Shown here: positions 1 to 12,356 of the stretch, one piece after another
How positions within the stretch are numbered: the first letter of the stretch is position 1
Layout: the number at the start of each line of letters is the position of its first letter
Source: an uncultured Gammaproteobacteria bacterium
GTDB lineage: Bacteria; Pseudomonadota; Gammaproteobacteria; DRLM01
Direction of reading: 5' to 3'
DNA length: 64,000 nucleotides
Assembly: GCA_963729605.1 (NCBI GenBank)
Contig: CAVSNY010000007.1
Coordinates: forward strand, 640,001-704,000
Program-made: the position numbers and the translations under genes
The notes under the pieces: generated by a model
What the model saw: only the letters and a program-made list of their open reading frames with translations
What the model was told of the DNA's origin: nothing
Database searches by the model: none

Positions 1-941
1 GCGACGGGGTGAAGATGGCGCTGCGCGCCAACGCGGAATTGCCCGAGGAATTGCAGGCGGCGCGCCGCAGCGGCGCCGAGGGTATCGGTCTTTATCGCAC
101 CGAGTTTTTATTCCTGGATCGCGACGAACCGCCGGGCGAGGAAGAGCAATTCGAGGTGTATCTGCGGGTGGTGCGCGCGATGGAGGGGGCGCCGGTCACC
201 ATCCGCAGCGTCGATCTCGGCGCCGATAAGGAAAACGCCGGTTTTGACTATGGGGCGGAAGGGGGTGTCCGCGTCAACCCGGCCTTGGGTCTGCGCGGCA
301 TCCGCCGCTGTTTGAAAGACCCGGCGTTGTTGCGCGTTCAACTGCGGGCGATACTCCGCGCCTCGGCCCACGGCCCGGTGCAGTTGTGCATCCCCATGCT
401 CACCGGCGTCGATGAACTGTCGCAAGTGCTGGCCTGGGTCGAACGGGTGAAACAGGAATTGGATGTCGCCGGTCTGCCCTATGACCGCGGCCTGCCGGTG
501 GGCGCGATGATCGAGGTGCCGGCCGCGGCGCTGCTGGCCGACGGTTTCGCCAGTCGTCTGGATTTCCTCTCGATAGGCACCAACGACCTCGTGCAATACA
601 CCCTGGCCGCCGACCGGCTCGACGAAGACGTGAGTTATCTCTACGATTCCCTGCATCCGGCGGTGCTGCGCTTGATCGATATCACGGTGCAGGCCGGCGC
701 GCGGCGGGGCGTGCCGGTGGCGATCTGTGGCGAGATGGCCGCCGATCCGCGCCGCACGCGTCTGCTGCTGGGTTTGGGCCTGCGCGATCTCAGCATGCAT
801 CCGGCCATGCTGCTGGAAGTGAAGCAGGTGGTGCGGCGCAGCGCGCTGGATAGCGCGCGGCGCTACGCCCGCGCCGCGCTCGACGCCGGCGATGTCCGCG
901 AAGTGGCCGAGCTGGTCGAGCGGCTCAACGACCTGCCTTAA
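1..941 (+). CDS. ptsI: PEP-protein phosphotransferase (PTS enzyme I), C-terminal part; 5' end lies outside the window
   Basis: Motifs GIGLYRTEFLF, NPALGLRGIR, MIEVPAA, SIGTNDLVQY, ICGEMAADP. Confidence 0.93.
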   Translation, partial: DGVKMALRANAELPEELQAARRSGAEGIGLYRTEFLFLDRDEPPGEEEQFEVYLRVVRAMEGAPVTIRSVDLGADKENAGFDYGAEGGVRVNPALGLRGIRRCLKDPALLRVQLRAILRASAHGPVQLCIPMLTGVDELSQVLAWVERVKQELDVAGLPYDRGLPVGAMIEVPAAALLADGFASRLDFLSIGTNDLVQYTLAADRLDEDVSYLYDSLHPAVLRLIDITVQAGARRGVPVAICGEMAADPRRTRLLLGLGLRDLSMHPAMLLEVKQVVRRSALDSARRYARAALDAGDVREVAELVERLNDLP

Positions 942-1004
942 TTCCATTCGCAATCCCTTTTGCTTTTGCATACACTCTCGCAGCGTCGAGGGCGAGAGAT
1001 CATC

Positions 1005-2363
1005 ATGGGCGAGGCGGCGGAAAGGGCGGAACGCGAACACCATTTGCGCCGGTTTACCCAGGCGCTGGGCAGCGGTGCGCTCTCCAATGTCCGCCGCATG
1101 CTCAACAGTCTTCATCCCGCCGAGATCGCCCACCTCCTCGAATCACTGCCCGCCGATGAACGCAAGCTGGCCTGGGAATTGGTCCTGCCGGAGCACGAAG
1201 GCGATGTGCTGCTGCACGTCAGCGACAATGTTCGCGCCAGCCTGATCCGCGAGATGGCCCACCACGAGCTGGTGGCCGCCACCGCCGGGCTGGAGACCGA
1301 CGACCTCGCCGATTTTCTGCGCGACCTGCCCGGCGCGGTGGTGACCCAGGTCCTCCACTCCATGAGCGAGCAGGACCGCGAGCGCCTGCAAGCGGTGTTG
1401 TCCTACCCCGAGGATACCGCCGGCGGTTTGATGAACACCGACACTATCACCGTGCGGCCCGGCGTCACCCTCGACGTGGTGCTGCGTTATCTGCGTTGGC
1501 GCGCGGCCATTCCCGACATGACCGACAGCCTGATCGTGGTCAAACGCGACGACACCTACTTGGGCCTGCTGGTGATCAACGATTTGCTGACCAAGGATCC
1601 CGACCTCACCGTGGGCGAGGTGATGCTGCGCGACGTGGAACCCATCGACGCCATGATGCCCGCCAACGAGGTGGCCAATCTGTTCGAGCACCGCGACTTG
1701 ATCTCGGCGCCGGTGGTCGATGATCACGGCAAGCTGCTCGGCCGCATCACCATCGACGACGTGGTGGACGTCATCCGCCAGGAAGCGGACCACTCCTTGA
1801 TGAGCATGGCGGGTCTGTCGGAGGAGGAAGACCTCTTCGCGCCGGTGGGCCAGGCCAGCCGGCGCCGTGCGGTGTGGCTGGGGGTGAATCTCGCCACCGC
1901 CTTGCTGGCCTCGTGGGTGATCGGCCTGTTCGACGCCGCCATCGAAAAGGTGGTGGCGCTGGCGGTGTTGATGCCGGTGGTCGCCAGCATGGGCGGCATC
2001 GCCGGCAGTCAGACCCTGACGCTGGTGATCCGCGGCATGGCGCTCGGCCAGCTCAGCCGCGACAACGCCCGCGATTTTTTCAACAAAGAGCTGGCGGTGG
2101 GTGCGGTCAACGGGCTGATCTGGGCGCTGGTGGTGGCGGTGATCGCCGGACTGTGGTTCGAGGATATTTCCATCGCCTGGATCCTCGGCCTCGCCATGGT
2201 GGTCAACCTGATCACCGCGGCAGCGGCGGGCGCCACCATCCCGCTGTTGTTGCGTCGCGCCGGGGTCGATCCCGCGCTGGCGGGGTCGGTGGTACTCACC
2301 ACCGTCACCGACGTGGTGGGTTTCGTGGCCTTTCTCGGCCTCGCGAGTCTGGTGTTTTTGTGA
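1005..2363 (+). CDS. mgtE: Magnesium transporter MgtE
   Basis: N-domain, CBS pair (YPEDTAGGLM, GRITIDDVVD), TM domain with SMGGIAGSQ and DPALAGSVVLTTVTDVVG; start set at ATG 1005. Confidence 0.95.
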   Translation: MGEAAERAEREHHLRRFTQALGSGALSNVRRMLNSLHPAEIAHLLESLPADERKLAWELVLPEHEGDVLLHVSDNVRASLIREMAHHELVAATAGLETDDLADFLRDLPGAVVTQVLHSMSEQDRERLQAVLSYPEDTAGGLMNTDTITVRPGVTLDVVLRYLRWRAAIPDMTDSLIVVKRDDTYLGLLVINDLLTKDPDLTVGEVMLRDVEPIDAMMPANEVANLFEHRDLISAPVVDDHGKLLGRITIDDVVDVIRQEADHSLMSMAGLSEEEDLFAPVGQASRRRAVWLGVNLATALLASWVIGLFDAAIEKVVALAVLMPVVASMGGIAGSQTLTLVIRGMALGQLSRDNARDFFNKELAVGAVNGLIWALVVAVIAGLWFEDISIAWILGLAMVVNLITAAAAGATIPLLLRRAGVDPALAGSVVLTTVTDVVGFVAFLGLASLVFL

Positions 2364-2437
2364 GGCCGCCCCGCGGTGTTTCAACGCGCAGTCCGCTTCG
2401 CTTTCTCGGCCTCGCGAGTCTGGTGTTTTTGTGAGGC
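2330..2437 (+). repeat. Exact 37-bp direct repeat (mgtE 3' end incl. stop) at 2330-2366 and 2401-2437, 34-bp spacer
   Basis: ctttctcggcctcgcgagtctggtgtttttgtgaggc occurs twice. Confidence 0.95.
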
Positions 2438-2501
2438 GGTGAAGGCGCGGTCGCGCGATTTATCAACCCGGTATTGGTATTCAAACCAGACCTGATCGGA
2501 G

Positions 2502-2654
2502 CGTCCCCTCTCCCAACGGGAGAGGGTCAGGGAGAGGGGACGTTGATTGAATCGCTTCATTCACACTTTCTCCCCGTGCGGGGGGAGGGGCAAAATCGCC
2601 CGCGCCCTCTCTGATAGATGCGCGCACTCTCTCTCCCGCGCGGGAGAGAGAGAG
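2502..2654. repeat. Cluster of three CCCTCTCCC...GGGAGAGGG-type palindromes
   Basis: cccctctcccaacgggagagggtcagggagagggg (2505-2539), tctccccgtgcgggggagggg (~2569-2590), ctctctctcccgcgcgggagagagag (~2628-2653); same family as the repeats inside bioF. Confidence 0.8.
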
Positions 2655-2729
2655 GCGTAGTCGAAGTGCCCGGTTAATAGGCGGCGCGCTGCGTGGCGCC
2701 GGGCGCTGCGCCCCGGCCCATTCGAAGTA

Positions 2730-4706
<1,977 letters not shown>

Positions 4707-4830
4707 AAACGCAGCCGGAACTATTTCTCTATTGAGTACTCACTAGGGGGCGGCCTATTATAGGCCGCGTCGTCCGTGCCGCGGCGTCGTCAACAAGCAG
4801 CCGTCAATAACCAAAGCCGTCTTTATCGCC

Positions 4831-5793
4831 ATGAGCGAATCCACCTTGATCAGAGTAGAACATGTTTATCGTTACTACGGCGCCGCCTGCGCGCTGCACG
4901 ACGTGAGTTTCAGCGTCGGCAAGGGCGAGGTGCTGGGCCTGCTGGGGCCGAACGGCGCCGGCAAATCGACGACCATGCAAATCATCAGCGGCAATCTCGC
5001 GCCCAGCGCCGGCCAGGTGTGGATCAACGGCATCGACCTGCTCGACCAGCCCAAGGCGGCCAAGCTGGGCCTCGGTTATCTGCCGGATCAGCCGCCCTTG
5101 TATCGCGAACTCACCGTCGATGAATATCTCGCCTATTGCGCGCGCCTGCACCGCATCGCCGCCGCCCGGCGCCGCGCCGCCATCGACACCGCCAAGCAGC
5201 GCTGCGGCCTCACCGAGGTGGGCCACCGTTTGATCGGCAACCTGTCGAAAGGATATCAGCAGCGGGTCGGTATCGCGCAGGCGATCGTCCATGCTCCGCC
5301 GGTGGTGATCCTCGATGAGCCTACGGTGGGGCTCGATCCTTTGCAGATGCGGGAGATCCGCGCCCTGATCCGCGAGCTGCGCGGCGAGCACAGCATCATT
5401 TTGTCCACCCATATTCTGCCCGAGGTGCAGGCGGTGTGCGACCGGGTGCAGATCATCAGCGCCGGCAAGCTGGTGTTGAACGACAGCATCGAGGGACTAC
5501 AGCGGCGGATGCGGATCTCCAGCGTGATCCTGGGCGTGCGCCGTCCGCCGCCGCCGCAAGAGTTGCAAGCCCTGCCCGGCGTCGAGTCGGTGGAGACGCT
5601 CGAGCCCGGCCGCTTCCGCCTGCACTATCTTCCGGAACACAGTCCCGCCGAGACGGTAGCGGAACAGGCGGTGCGCAGCGGTTGGGGTTTGTATGAGTTA
5701 TCCCCCGAGCGTATGTCTTTTGAGCAGGTGTTCGTGGACATCACCCGCAGTGATCCCACCGAGCAGGCCTCGGCGGTGGAGGCGGTGTCATGA
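4831..5793 (+). CDS. ABC transporter ATP-binding protein (GldA-like)
   Basis: Walker A GPNGAGKS, signature LSKGYQQR, Walker B ILDEPT. Confidence 0.92.
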   Translation: MSESTLIRVEHVYRYYGAACALHDVSFSVGKGEVLGLLGPNGAGKSTTMQIISGNLAPSAGQVWINGIDLLDQPKAAKLGLGYLPDQPPLYRELTVDEYLAYCARLHRIAAARRRAAIDTAKQRCGLTEVGHRLIGNLSKGYQQRVGIAQAIVHAPPVVILDEPTVGLDPLQMREIRALIRELRGEHSIILSTHILPEVQAVCDRVQIISAGKLVLNDSIEGLQRRMRISSVILGVRRPPPPQELQALPGVESVETLEPGRFRLHYLPEHSPAETVAEQAVRSGWGLYELSPERMSFEQVFVDITRSDPTEQASAVEAVS

Positions 5794-6545
5794 TTCTGCA
5801 TATCGCGGCCCTCGAATTGCGCCGTTTGTTTTTATCGCCGCTGGCCTGGTGCGTGCTGGCGGTGGAGCAGGTCATCCTCGCCTATTTCTTTTTGATCTCG
5901 ATCGACAACTATCTTCAGTGGCAACCGCGCCTGGCGGCGGTGGCCGGCGCGCCGGGCGTCACCGACATGGTGGTGGGGCCGCTGTTCGGCGACGCCGCGC
6001 TGTTTTTGCTGTTCGCCGTGCCGATGATGACCATGCGCTTGATCAGCGAGGAGCGCCGCGCGCAGACCTTGAGCCTGCTGTTCTCCGCGCCGGTGTCGAT
6101 GACCGACATCGTGCTCGGCAAATTTCTCGGGGTCACGGCGTTTTTTCTGATCTTGGTGGCGATGATCGCCTTGATGCCGCTGTCGCTGCTGGTCGGGGTC
6201 AATCTCGATTTGGGGGTGTTTTGGTCGGCGCTGCTCGGGGTATCCTTGCTGGTCGCGAGTTTCGTCGCGGTGGGCCTGTTCATGTCCACCCTCACCGTGC
6301 AGCCCGCCATCGCCGCGGTCAGCACCTTCGGCGTGTTGCTGTTGTTGTGGATCGTCGACTGGGTGGGCGGCGACCGGGCCGGGGATTACAGCGGCTTGTT
6401 CGCCTATCTGTCGCTGCTGCGGCATTACGAGCCTTTGCTCAAAGGCGTGTTCAATACCAGCGATATCCTGTACTACCTGTTGTTCATCGCCATGTTTTTG
6501 ATCTTGAGCATCCGCCGCCTGGATGCGGAGCGCTTGCAACATTGA
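5790..6545 (+). CDS. ABC-2 type permease (GldF-like)
   Basis: 6 hydrophobic segments, TMRLISEERR..TL.LL motif, ATGA overlap with the ATPase gene. Confidence 0.9.
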   Translation: MILHIAALELRRLFLSPLAWCVLAVEQVILAYFFLISIDNYLQWQPRLAAVAGAPGVTDMVVGPLFGDAALFLLFAVPMMTMRLISEERRAQTLSLLFSAPVSMTDIVLGKFLGVTAFFLILVAMIALMPLSLLVGVNLDLGVFWSALLGVSLLVASFVAVGLFMSTLTVQPAIAAVSTFGVLLLLWIVDWVGGDRAGDYSGLFAYLSLLRHYEPLLKGVFNTSDILYYLLFIAMFLILSIRRLDAERLQH

Positions 6546-6600
6546 AGCGCATGAGTGTGTGTGCGGCGCAGCCATCGTTTGAGGAAGGTATGAGTTCACT

Positions 6601-7977
6601 ATGCAGGTGACGCCGAAATCGCGCCGCGCCACGCGGCTGCAGAATATCGTGTTTGTGTTGTTGCTGCTGATCGCGCTCGGTCTGTTGGCGTGGCTGAGCA
6701 CGCGTTTCAACTATCACGCCGACTGGACCGCCGACTCGCGCCGCTCCCTCTCCGAGGCCAGCGTGCAGTTGCTCGCCAAGCTGGAAGGGCCGCTGACGGT
6801 GACGGCCTTCGCCCGCGATGACCGCCAGTTGCGGCAGGGCATCAGCGATTTGGTGGGGCGTTATAAGCACTATAAGTCCGATATCAATTTGAGGTTCGTC
6901 AATCCTGACGCCGAACCGCAGCAGGTCCGCGAGCTGGGGGTGACCAGTGACGGCGAGTTGGTGCTGGGCTACGGCGAGCGCCGTGAAAATCTCAAACCTT
7001 TCGATTTGAATGAACAGGCGATGACCAATGCCTTGCAGCGTATGTTGCGCGCGGGCGAGCGCTGGCTGGTGTTTTTGGAAGGCCACGGCGAGCGGCGCGC
7101 CCATGCCGAGGCCAATCACGATGTGTCGCTGTGGGTGAAGGAACTGGAGAATAAAGGCTTCAAGGCGCTCTCGCTCAATTTGGCGGAGAACCCGGTGATT
7201 CCCGACAACACCACCGTGCTGGTGATCGCCAGTCCGCAGGTGAGTTTGTTGCCCGGTGAAGTCGAGGCGGTGAGCGACTATCTCGAGCGCGGCGGTAATT
7301 TATTGTGGCTGGGCGATCCCGGCCCCTTGCAGGGTTTGGAGCCGGTGGCGGCTCAATTGGGCGTGCATTTTCTGCCGGGCACGGTGGTGGATCTCACCAC
7401 CCAGTTGTTGGGTATACAAAGCGCGGCCATCGCCGCGGTGACCAATTATCCGCCCCATCCCATCACCCGCGATTTCTCTTTGCTCACGGTGTTTCCGCTG
7501 GCGGTGGCGCTGTCGTTGGAGCCGGGCTCGGCGTGGCAGGCGTCGGCCTTTTTACAGACCGGGACCGGCAGTTGGCTGGAGACCGGCAAGCTGGCCAATG
7601 AAGTCCAGTTCGATGAAAATCAGGATATCCGCGGACCGCTGACCCTCGGCGTGAGTTTGACCCGCGAACTCGGCGCGGCCGCGGGGAATGGAGCCCAAGG
7701 CGCGCGCCAGCAGCGGGTGGTGGTGGTGGGCGACGGGGATTTTCTCTCCAACCGCTACCTCGGCAATGTGGGCAATCTCGACATGGGCATGAACATCGTC
7801 AACTGGCTGAGCGCCGATGAACAGTTGATCGCCATCCCCAGCAAGACCGCACTGGATAGCGGTTTGACGCTCACGCCGCTGCAGTCGAGCGTGATCGGTT
7901 TCGGATTCCTGATGGGCTTGCCGGCGATTTTGCTGGGCAGCGGCCTGGTGATCTGGTGGCGCCGCCGTAAGCGTTGA
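6601..7977 (+). CDS. GldG-family ABC auxiliary protein
   Basis: N- and C-terminal TM, DWT...SLS, FLEGHGE, VVVGDGDFLSN. Confidence 0.88.
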   Translation: MQVTPKSRRATRLQNIVFVLLLLIALGLLAWLSTRFNYHADWTADSRRSLSEASVQLLAKLEGPLTVTAFARDDRQLRQGISDLVGRYKHYKSDINLRFVNPDAEPQQVRELGVTSDGELVLGYGERRENLKPFDLNEQAMTNALQRMLRAGERWLVFLEGHGERRAHAEANHDVSLWVKELENKGFKALSLNLAENPVIPDNTTVLVIASPQVSLLPGEVEAVSDYLERGGNLLWLGDPGPLQGLEPVAAQLGVHFLPGTVVDLTTQLLGIQSAAIAAVTNYPPHPITRDFSLLTVFPLAVALSLEPGSAWQASAFLQTGTGSWLETGKLANEVQFDENQDIRGPLTLGVSLTRELGAAAGNGAQGARQQRVVVVGDGDFLSNRYLGNVGNLDMGMNIVNWLSADEQLIAIPSKTALDSGLTLTPLQSSVIGFGFLMGLPAILLGSGLVIWWRRRKR

Positions 7978-8003
7978 ACCTGTGATGATGGAATGGGGGT
8001 GGA

Positions 8004-8882
8004 ATGAATAAACGGCAGGGGCTGAACATCGGCTTGGTGGTGCTGGTGTTGCTGCTCGCGCTGCTGGCGTGGTACGAGTCGGGCCGCGATAAGGCGCCGC
8101 CGCATCCCCCTTTGACCTCGCTGACGCCGGGGGCCGTCAATAAAATCGAGATCGTCCGCCGCGATCACGGCACCATCATTCTCACCGGCCAGGGTGATAA
8201 CTGGTGGTTGAAAGAGCCGATGCGCATCGCGGCCAATCGCTTTCGGGTGGAGAGTCTCTTGGGGGTGTTGACGACGGACAGCCTGGCGCAATTTCCCGCG
8301 GCGGGCAAAGATCTGGCGGCCTTTGGCTTGAAACAGCCCGCGGTGCGGGCGCGCTTCAACAACACGGAGTTGGTCTTCGGTGCGCTGACGCCGGTGGACC
8401 AGCGCCGTTATGTGCTGGTGGGCGACACGGTGCATCTCATCGTCGATAGTTATTTTTTCGATTTCGTCGCCGAGGCGTCGGATTTCGCCAGCCGTAATCT
8501 GGTACCGACCCGCCAGCGCATCGCCGGCTTGACTACCCCCGCGTTTCAATTGGAACAGGACGCCGAAGGCAAATGGGCGGTGCGGCCGGCGGATTATGCC
8601 TTGTCGGCCGATGCGATTCAGGCCGTCATAGAAGAATGGCAGCATGCCCAGGCCGTGAAGGTGGCCTTATACCGGTCCGCGCCGGCCCTCGGCAGTGTGA
8701 CGCTTACGCTGGCCGGTCAGCGGGGGGCGTTGCATTATGAGATCGCCGCGGAGGAGCCGGAGTGGATATTGGCGCGGCCGGAGGTGGGATTGGAATTTCA
8801 TCTGAGCGCCGAGCAGGGTCGGCGTTTGTTCGCGCGCGCCAACGGAGAGGGCAAGGGCGAACAGCGGGGTGCGAGCGAGTGA
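8004..8882 (+). CDS. DUF4340-like periplasmic protein of the GldAFG-like operon
   Basis: N-terminal anchor, LAAFGLKQP motif, usual position after GldG. Confidence 0.75.
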   Translation: MNKRQGLNIGLVVLVLLLALLAWYESGRDKAPPHPPLTSLTPGAVNKIEIVRRDHGTIILTGQGDNWWLKEPMRIAANRFRVESLLGVLTTDSLAQFPAAGKDLAAFGLKQPAVRARFNNTELVFGALTPVDQRRYVLVGDTVHLIVDSYFFDFVAEASDFASRNLVPTRQRIAGLTTPAFQLEQDAEGKWAVRPADYALSADAIQAVIEEWQHAQAVKVALYRSAPALGSVTLTLAGQRGALHYEIAAEEPEWILARPEVGLEFHLSAEQGRRLFARANGEGKGEQRGASE

Positions 8883-8885
8883 GTT

Positions 8886-9701
8886 ATGCCTGAGTTGCCC
8901 GAAGTGGAGACCACGCGGCGCGGGATCGCCCCCCATGTCGAAGGGCGGCGTATCGAGCGGGTGGTGGTGCGGGACGGGCGTTTGCGCCAGCCGGTGCCGC
9001 GCCGCATCAATCAATTGGCCGCCGGTCAGCTCATCCGGAGCGTAGCGCGGCGCGGCAAATATCTCTTGCTGGAAGGCGCGACGGGCAGCGTGATGATTCA
9101 CCTCGGCATGTCCGGCAGTCTGCGTTTGCTGCCGGCCGGCACCGCCGCCGGGAAACACGACCATGTGGACGTGGAGTTGGCGGATGGCGGGTGTCTGCGC
9201 TTGCGCGATCCGCGCCGTTTCGGCCTGTTGTTGTGGGTGGCGGGCGATCCGGCGCTGCACCCCTTGCTGAGCAAGCTCGGTCCCGAACCTTTGGAACGCG
9301 CCTTCAACGCGGATTATCTTTATCAACGCGCCCGCGGCCGGGTGTTGGCGGTCAAGCCGTTTCTCATGGACGCCCAGGTGGTGGTGGGCGTGGGGAATAT
9401 CTACGCCAATGAGGCCTTGTTTTCCGCCGCCGTGCACCCGCGGCGGCCGGCCGGTGATTTGTCGCGGGATGAATGCGCGCGCCTGGTGACGTCGATTAAA
9501 GCGGTGTTGCGGCGGGCCATCGCCCAAGGCGGCACGACCCTCCGCGATTTCGTGGCCGGTGACGGCCGCCCCGGTTATTTCAAACAGCGCTTGAAAGTGT
9601 ACGATCGCGAGGGCGCGCCCTGTCTGGTTTGCGCCGCGGAGATCGTCTGTGAACGGCTGGGTCAGCGCGCCACGTATTTTTGCGGACGCTGTCAGCGTTA
9701 G
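8886..9701 (+). CDS. mutM: Formamidopyrimidine-DNA glycosylase
   Basis: [23 protein letters not shown]-terminal Zn finger CxxC...CxxCQ. Confidence 0.97.
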   Translation: MPELPEVETTRRGIAPHVEGRRIERVVVRDGRLRQPVPRRINQLAAGQLIRSVARRGKYLLLEGATGSVMIHLGMSGSLRLLPAGTAAGKHDHVDVELADGGCLRLRDPRRFGLLLWVAGDPALHPLLSKLGPEPLERAFNADYLYQRARGRVLAVKPFLMDAQVVVGVGNIYANEALFSAAVHPRRPAGDLSRDECARLVTSIKAVLRRAIAQGGTTLRDFVAGDGRPGYFKQRLKVYDREGAPCLVCAAEIVCERLGQRATYFCGRCQR

Positions 9702-9952
9702 TGAGTGGTGCGTCATTTTTGAGCCGGGGTCCTCACGCCTTGGGAAGTCATGGCGAAAGGCCGTGTCCGTTTTCCTCCCGCTTCGTGCGGAAGAAGAGGG
9801 ATCGAGGGATCGTGAGGGGCCGGGTGTGAGCGGAATCAAATTAAAAACCGCGTTCGGCCGGCGCAATGAGGACGGAGATTGTTATATTCTGTCCGCGGTG
9901 GTTTGATGGCGCGGCTGTTTTAATGGGTGTTAACGGGGGAGGTGGGCGGCCG

Positions 9953-10405
9953 ATGAAGATCGATTTTCTCAAGATGTTCGACCGGGTGGTGGCGGTGGTG
10001 TTCGGCGCGATGATGCTGATCATCACCCTGGGAATGATCATCGGCGTGTTCAGCCTGTTCGTGGATATCCGCGATATGCTGGTCGATCAAAAATTGACCG
10101 AGGGTTATCTCAAGATCATCTCCGGTGTCTTGACGCTGTTTATCATGATCGAACTGCTGCGTTCGATCGTCGAGTATTTCAGCGCCAAGCGCTTGCGGAT
10201 GACGTTTATCGTCGACGCGGCCCTGGTGTTCGTGCTGCGGGAGATCATGATCAAGTTGTTCGAACACAAAATCCAACCCGATGAGTTGTACGCGATGAGC
10301 GCCTTGATTCTGGTGCTCACCGTGCTGCGGATGGGCAGTATGTTGATGTATCAGCGCGATACCGCCTTGGGCTTGCAGGTCAACGCGGCGGCGGCTAAAG
10401 ACTAA
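9953..10405 (+). CDS. PsiE-like (phosphate-starvation-inducible E family) membrane protein
   Basis: 4 TM, LFIMIELLRS..EY and VFVLREIMI motifs; RBS ggag upstream. Confidence 0.8.
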   Translation: MKIDFLKMFDRVVAVVFGAMMLIITLGMIIGVFSLFVDIRDMLVDQKLTEGYLKIISGVLTLFIMIELLRSIVEYFSAKRLRMTFIVDAALVFVLREIMIKLFEHKIQPDELYAMSALILVLTVLRMGSMLMYQRDTALGLQVNAAAAKD

Positions 10406-10529
10406 ACGCCGGGGGATTCGGCGGCCGCATGGTTGCCGTGCGGCCGGTGTGCGGGTCGATGCCATGTGCGGCTTGGTCGATACGGCCCGCGACGTGGTGG
10501 CGGGCGTCCGCGCGGCGTGAGCCCCCGCT

Positions 10530-12017
10530 TTAGCGGGGTTGGGTCGCTTGATCCTGCGGGGCGGGCGGCGGCGTCGGCGGTTGGTCGAGCGTTTCCTCGC
10601 CGTCGCTAGGGCTGACGTTTGGCCGGATATGCACGATTACGCCGCCGGCCTCCAGGGCCTGAGTTTCGACGACGCCGCTCAGTTCGGCCATGTTTTTGCC
10701 CAATTCAAGATTGGCCGGCGCCTTGTGGTCGAAGATCAAGTGAGTAATACCTTTGATGTCGTTGAGCAGGGTCTGCCCGTCGACGGCCCCGGCCGGCAAG
10801 GGAAATACGTCGCGGCGTACCGCGATCATGGTGCGCCCCGGCCATTGGCTGGCGGCGCGAAATTCCTGATCGGGATCGGCCGCTTCGTCTGCCAGCTGGC
10901 GGATCAGCTGATCCTGCGGGCTCATGGTTTCTTCCCCCAGGGCGAGTGCGCGGGTTTTGTCGGTCACCATGAACGCGACGCTGGTGATGAACATGACGGC
11001 GATAGCGACGCCGCGTTGCCGCAGCAGTCCCTTGCCTTCGCTGTGCTGATTGAGGGCGATCAAGTGGGGGATGCCGCGGTATAACAGTAAGGCGACCGCC
11101 AGCAAGGCCCAGTTGTAGTCGGCGGCCAGCAGGCCGATGGCCAGCCCCGACAAAAACATCAGTCCGACCGGGTCTGAGCTGAGGAACCGCCGGTCCACCC
11201 AGATAACGATCACCAGCAACGCCGCGAGCAGGCCGCCGACAAACCAATTTGGTTCGGCGAGGCTGGGCGCTATTTGGTGGGCCTGCGCCAGGCTCAGCAA
11301 CGGATTGCTCAGCCAAGGGATGGTCTGCCAACCTTGCCGCAGCGTCAGCATCAGCAGGGTGACGATGGCGAGTCCGATGAGCACATGGCGTCTTTGCCGC
11401 GCGTCGATGGGGTTTCTGTACCACGTCCACGCCAGGACCAACGGATAGGCGAGGCCGATGGGATGCAGGGTCAAGGTGATGCTGGCCCAGAGTAACTGCA
11501 CGAAAAACCAGCCGCCCAGCGGGCGATTGACGCGCCGGTAGGCCGTATCGAGCCAGGCCCCCAGTCCAAAGGCCAGGAGTAGAAAAGGGCCGGTGGCGAT
11601 GGCGTCTATTCCATTAATCAAATGCGGTGCTATCAGCAAGAGGGCGCTGGCGGCGAGGGCGGCTTCGCCGTCGGCGGTGCGCTTGCTCCATCTATAAAGA
11701 AAAGCGATCGCAAGGAAACTCAATATTAAGGTGAAGACCTTGGCCGCCACGAGGCTGCCGGGCCAATACAGCCCGAGCGGGATAAATAATAGGGCGCGGA
11801 AGTCGGGTATGCCCAAGGTGAAGATGGGGTTGACGATTTTGTCGAAGATCGACCAGATCAACAGTAGGCCGCGGGCGGCGCTTTCATCGAGACCATAGGG
11901 ATCAAAACGCAACAAGCCCAACCCGAGTAACGCCCCGCCCCAAACCAGCAGTACGAGTATCCCCCAATAATGACTCAGGGCATGTATTGCTTTGTGTGAT
12001 AAGTCTTTCAATGTCAT
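10530..12017 (-). CDS. Polytopic membrane protein, probable GT-C fold (ArnT/PMT-like) glycosyltransferase
   Basis: ~11 TM, DE motif in the first loop (LDESAA), soluble C-terminal domain. Confidence 0.55.
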   Translation of the reverse strand: MTLKDLSHKAIHALSHYWGILVLLVWGGALLGLGLLRFDPYGLDESAARGLLLIWSIFDKIVNPIFTLGIPDFRALLFIPLGLYWPGSLVAAKVFTLILSFLAIAFLYRWSKRTADGEAALAASALLLIAPHLINGIDAIATGPFLLLAFGLGAWLDTAYRRVNRPLGGWFFVQLLWASITLTLHPIGLAYPLVLAWTWYRNPIDARQRRHVLIGLAIVTLLMLTLRQGWQTIPWLSNPLLSLAQAHQIAPSLAEPNWFVGGLLAALLVIVIWVDRRFLSSDPVGLMFLSGLAIGLLAADYNWALLAVALLLYRGIPHLIALNQHSEGKGLLRQRGVAIAVMFITSVAFMVTDKTRALALGEETMSPQDQLIRQLADEAADPDQEFRAASQWPGRTMIAVRRDVFPLPAGAVDGQTLLNDIKGITHLIFDHKAPANLELGKNMAELSGVVETQALEAGGVIVHIRPNVSPSDGEETLDQPPTPPPAPQDQATQPR

Positions 12018-12356
12018 GGTGGGGTGCGTCGATTTCCTTGGTACGGCAGCAGCAATTCGCCGCGCAGCTTAGCAGAGACGGTAGGCTATTGGTACAGTCT
12101 AGTTATCCGCCATCATCGCGCTCTTGGTCGGTGGGAGTGTCGGTGAATAATGAGAGCACAACATGCGCGTATGCGTTCGTTGCCGCTTTAGTAGTGGCTC
12201 GGCGAGTCCACGTCGCGAACAGAATAAGATGCTTGCGTTGTGCGAGAGGGTCGTGTTAAATAATCCCGCTATACTTAAAACACGGTGAAGCGCCGTGCTT
12301 CGCAAGTGAGGGTGAACAGGCGAGGTTTAGGCGGCGCACCGTTCTCAGGGGAATTA

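Noticed and set aside
2330-2437. CRISPR array (37-bp repeat, 34-bp spacer)
   Set aside because: Only two repeats, the repeat is the coding end of mgtE, no leader-like AT-rich region and no cas genes in the window.
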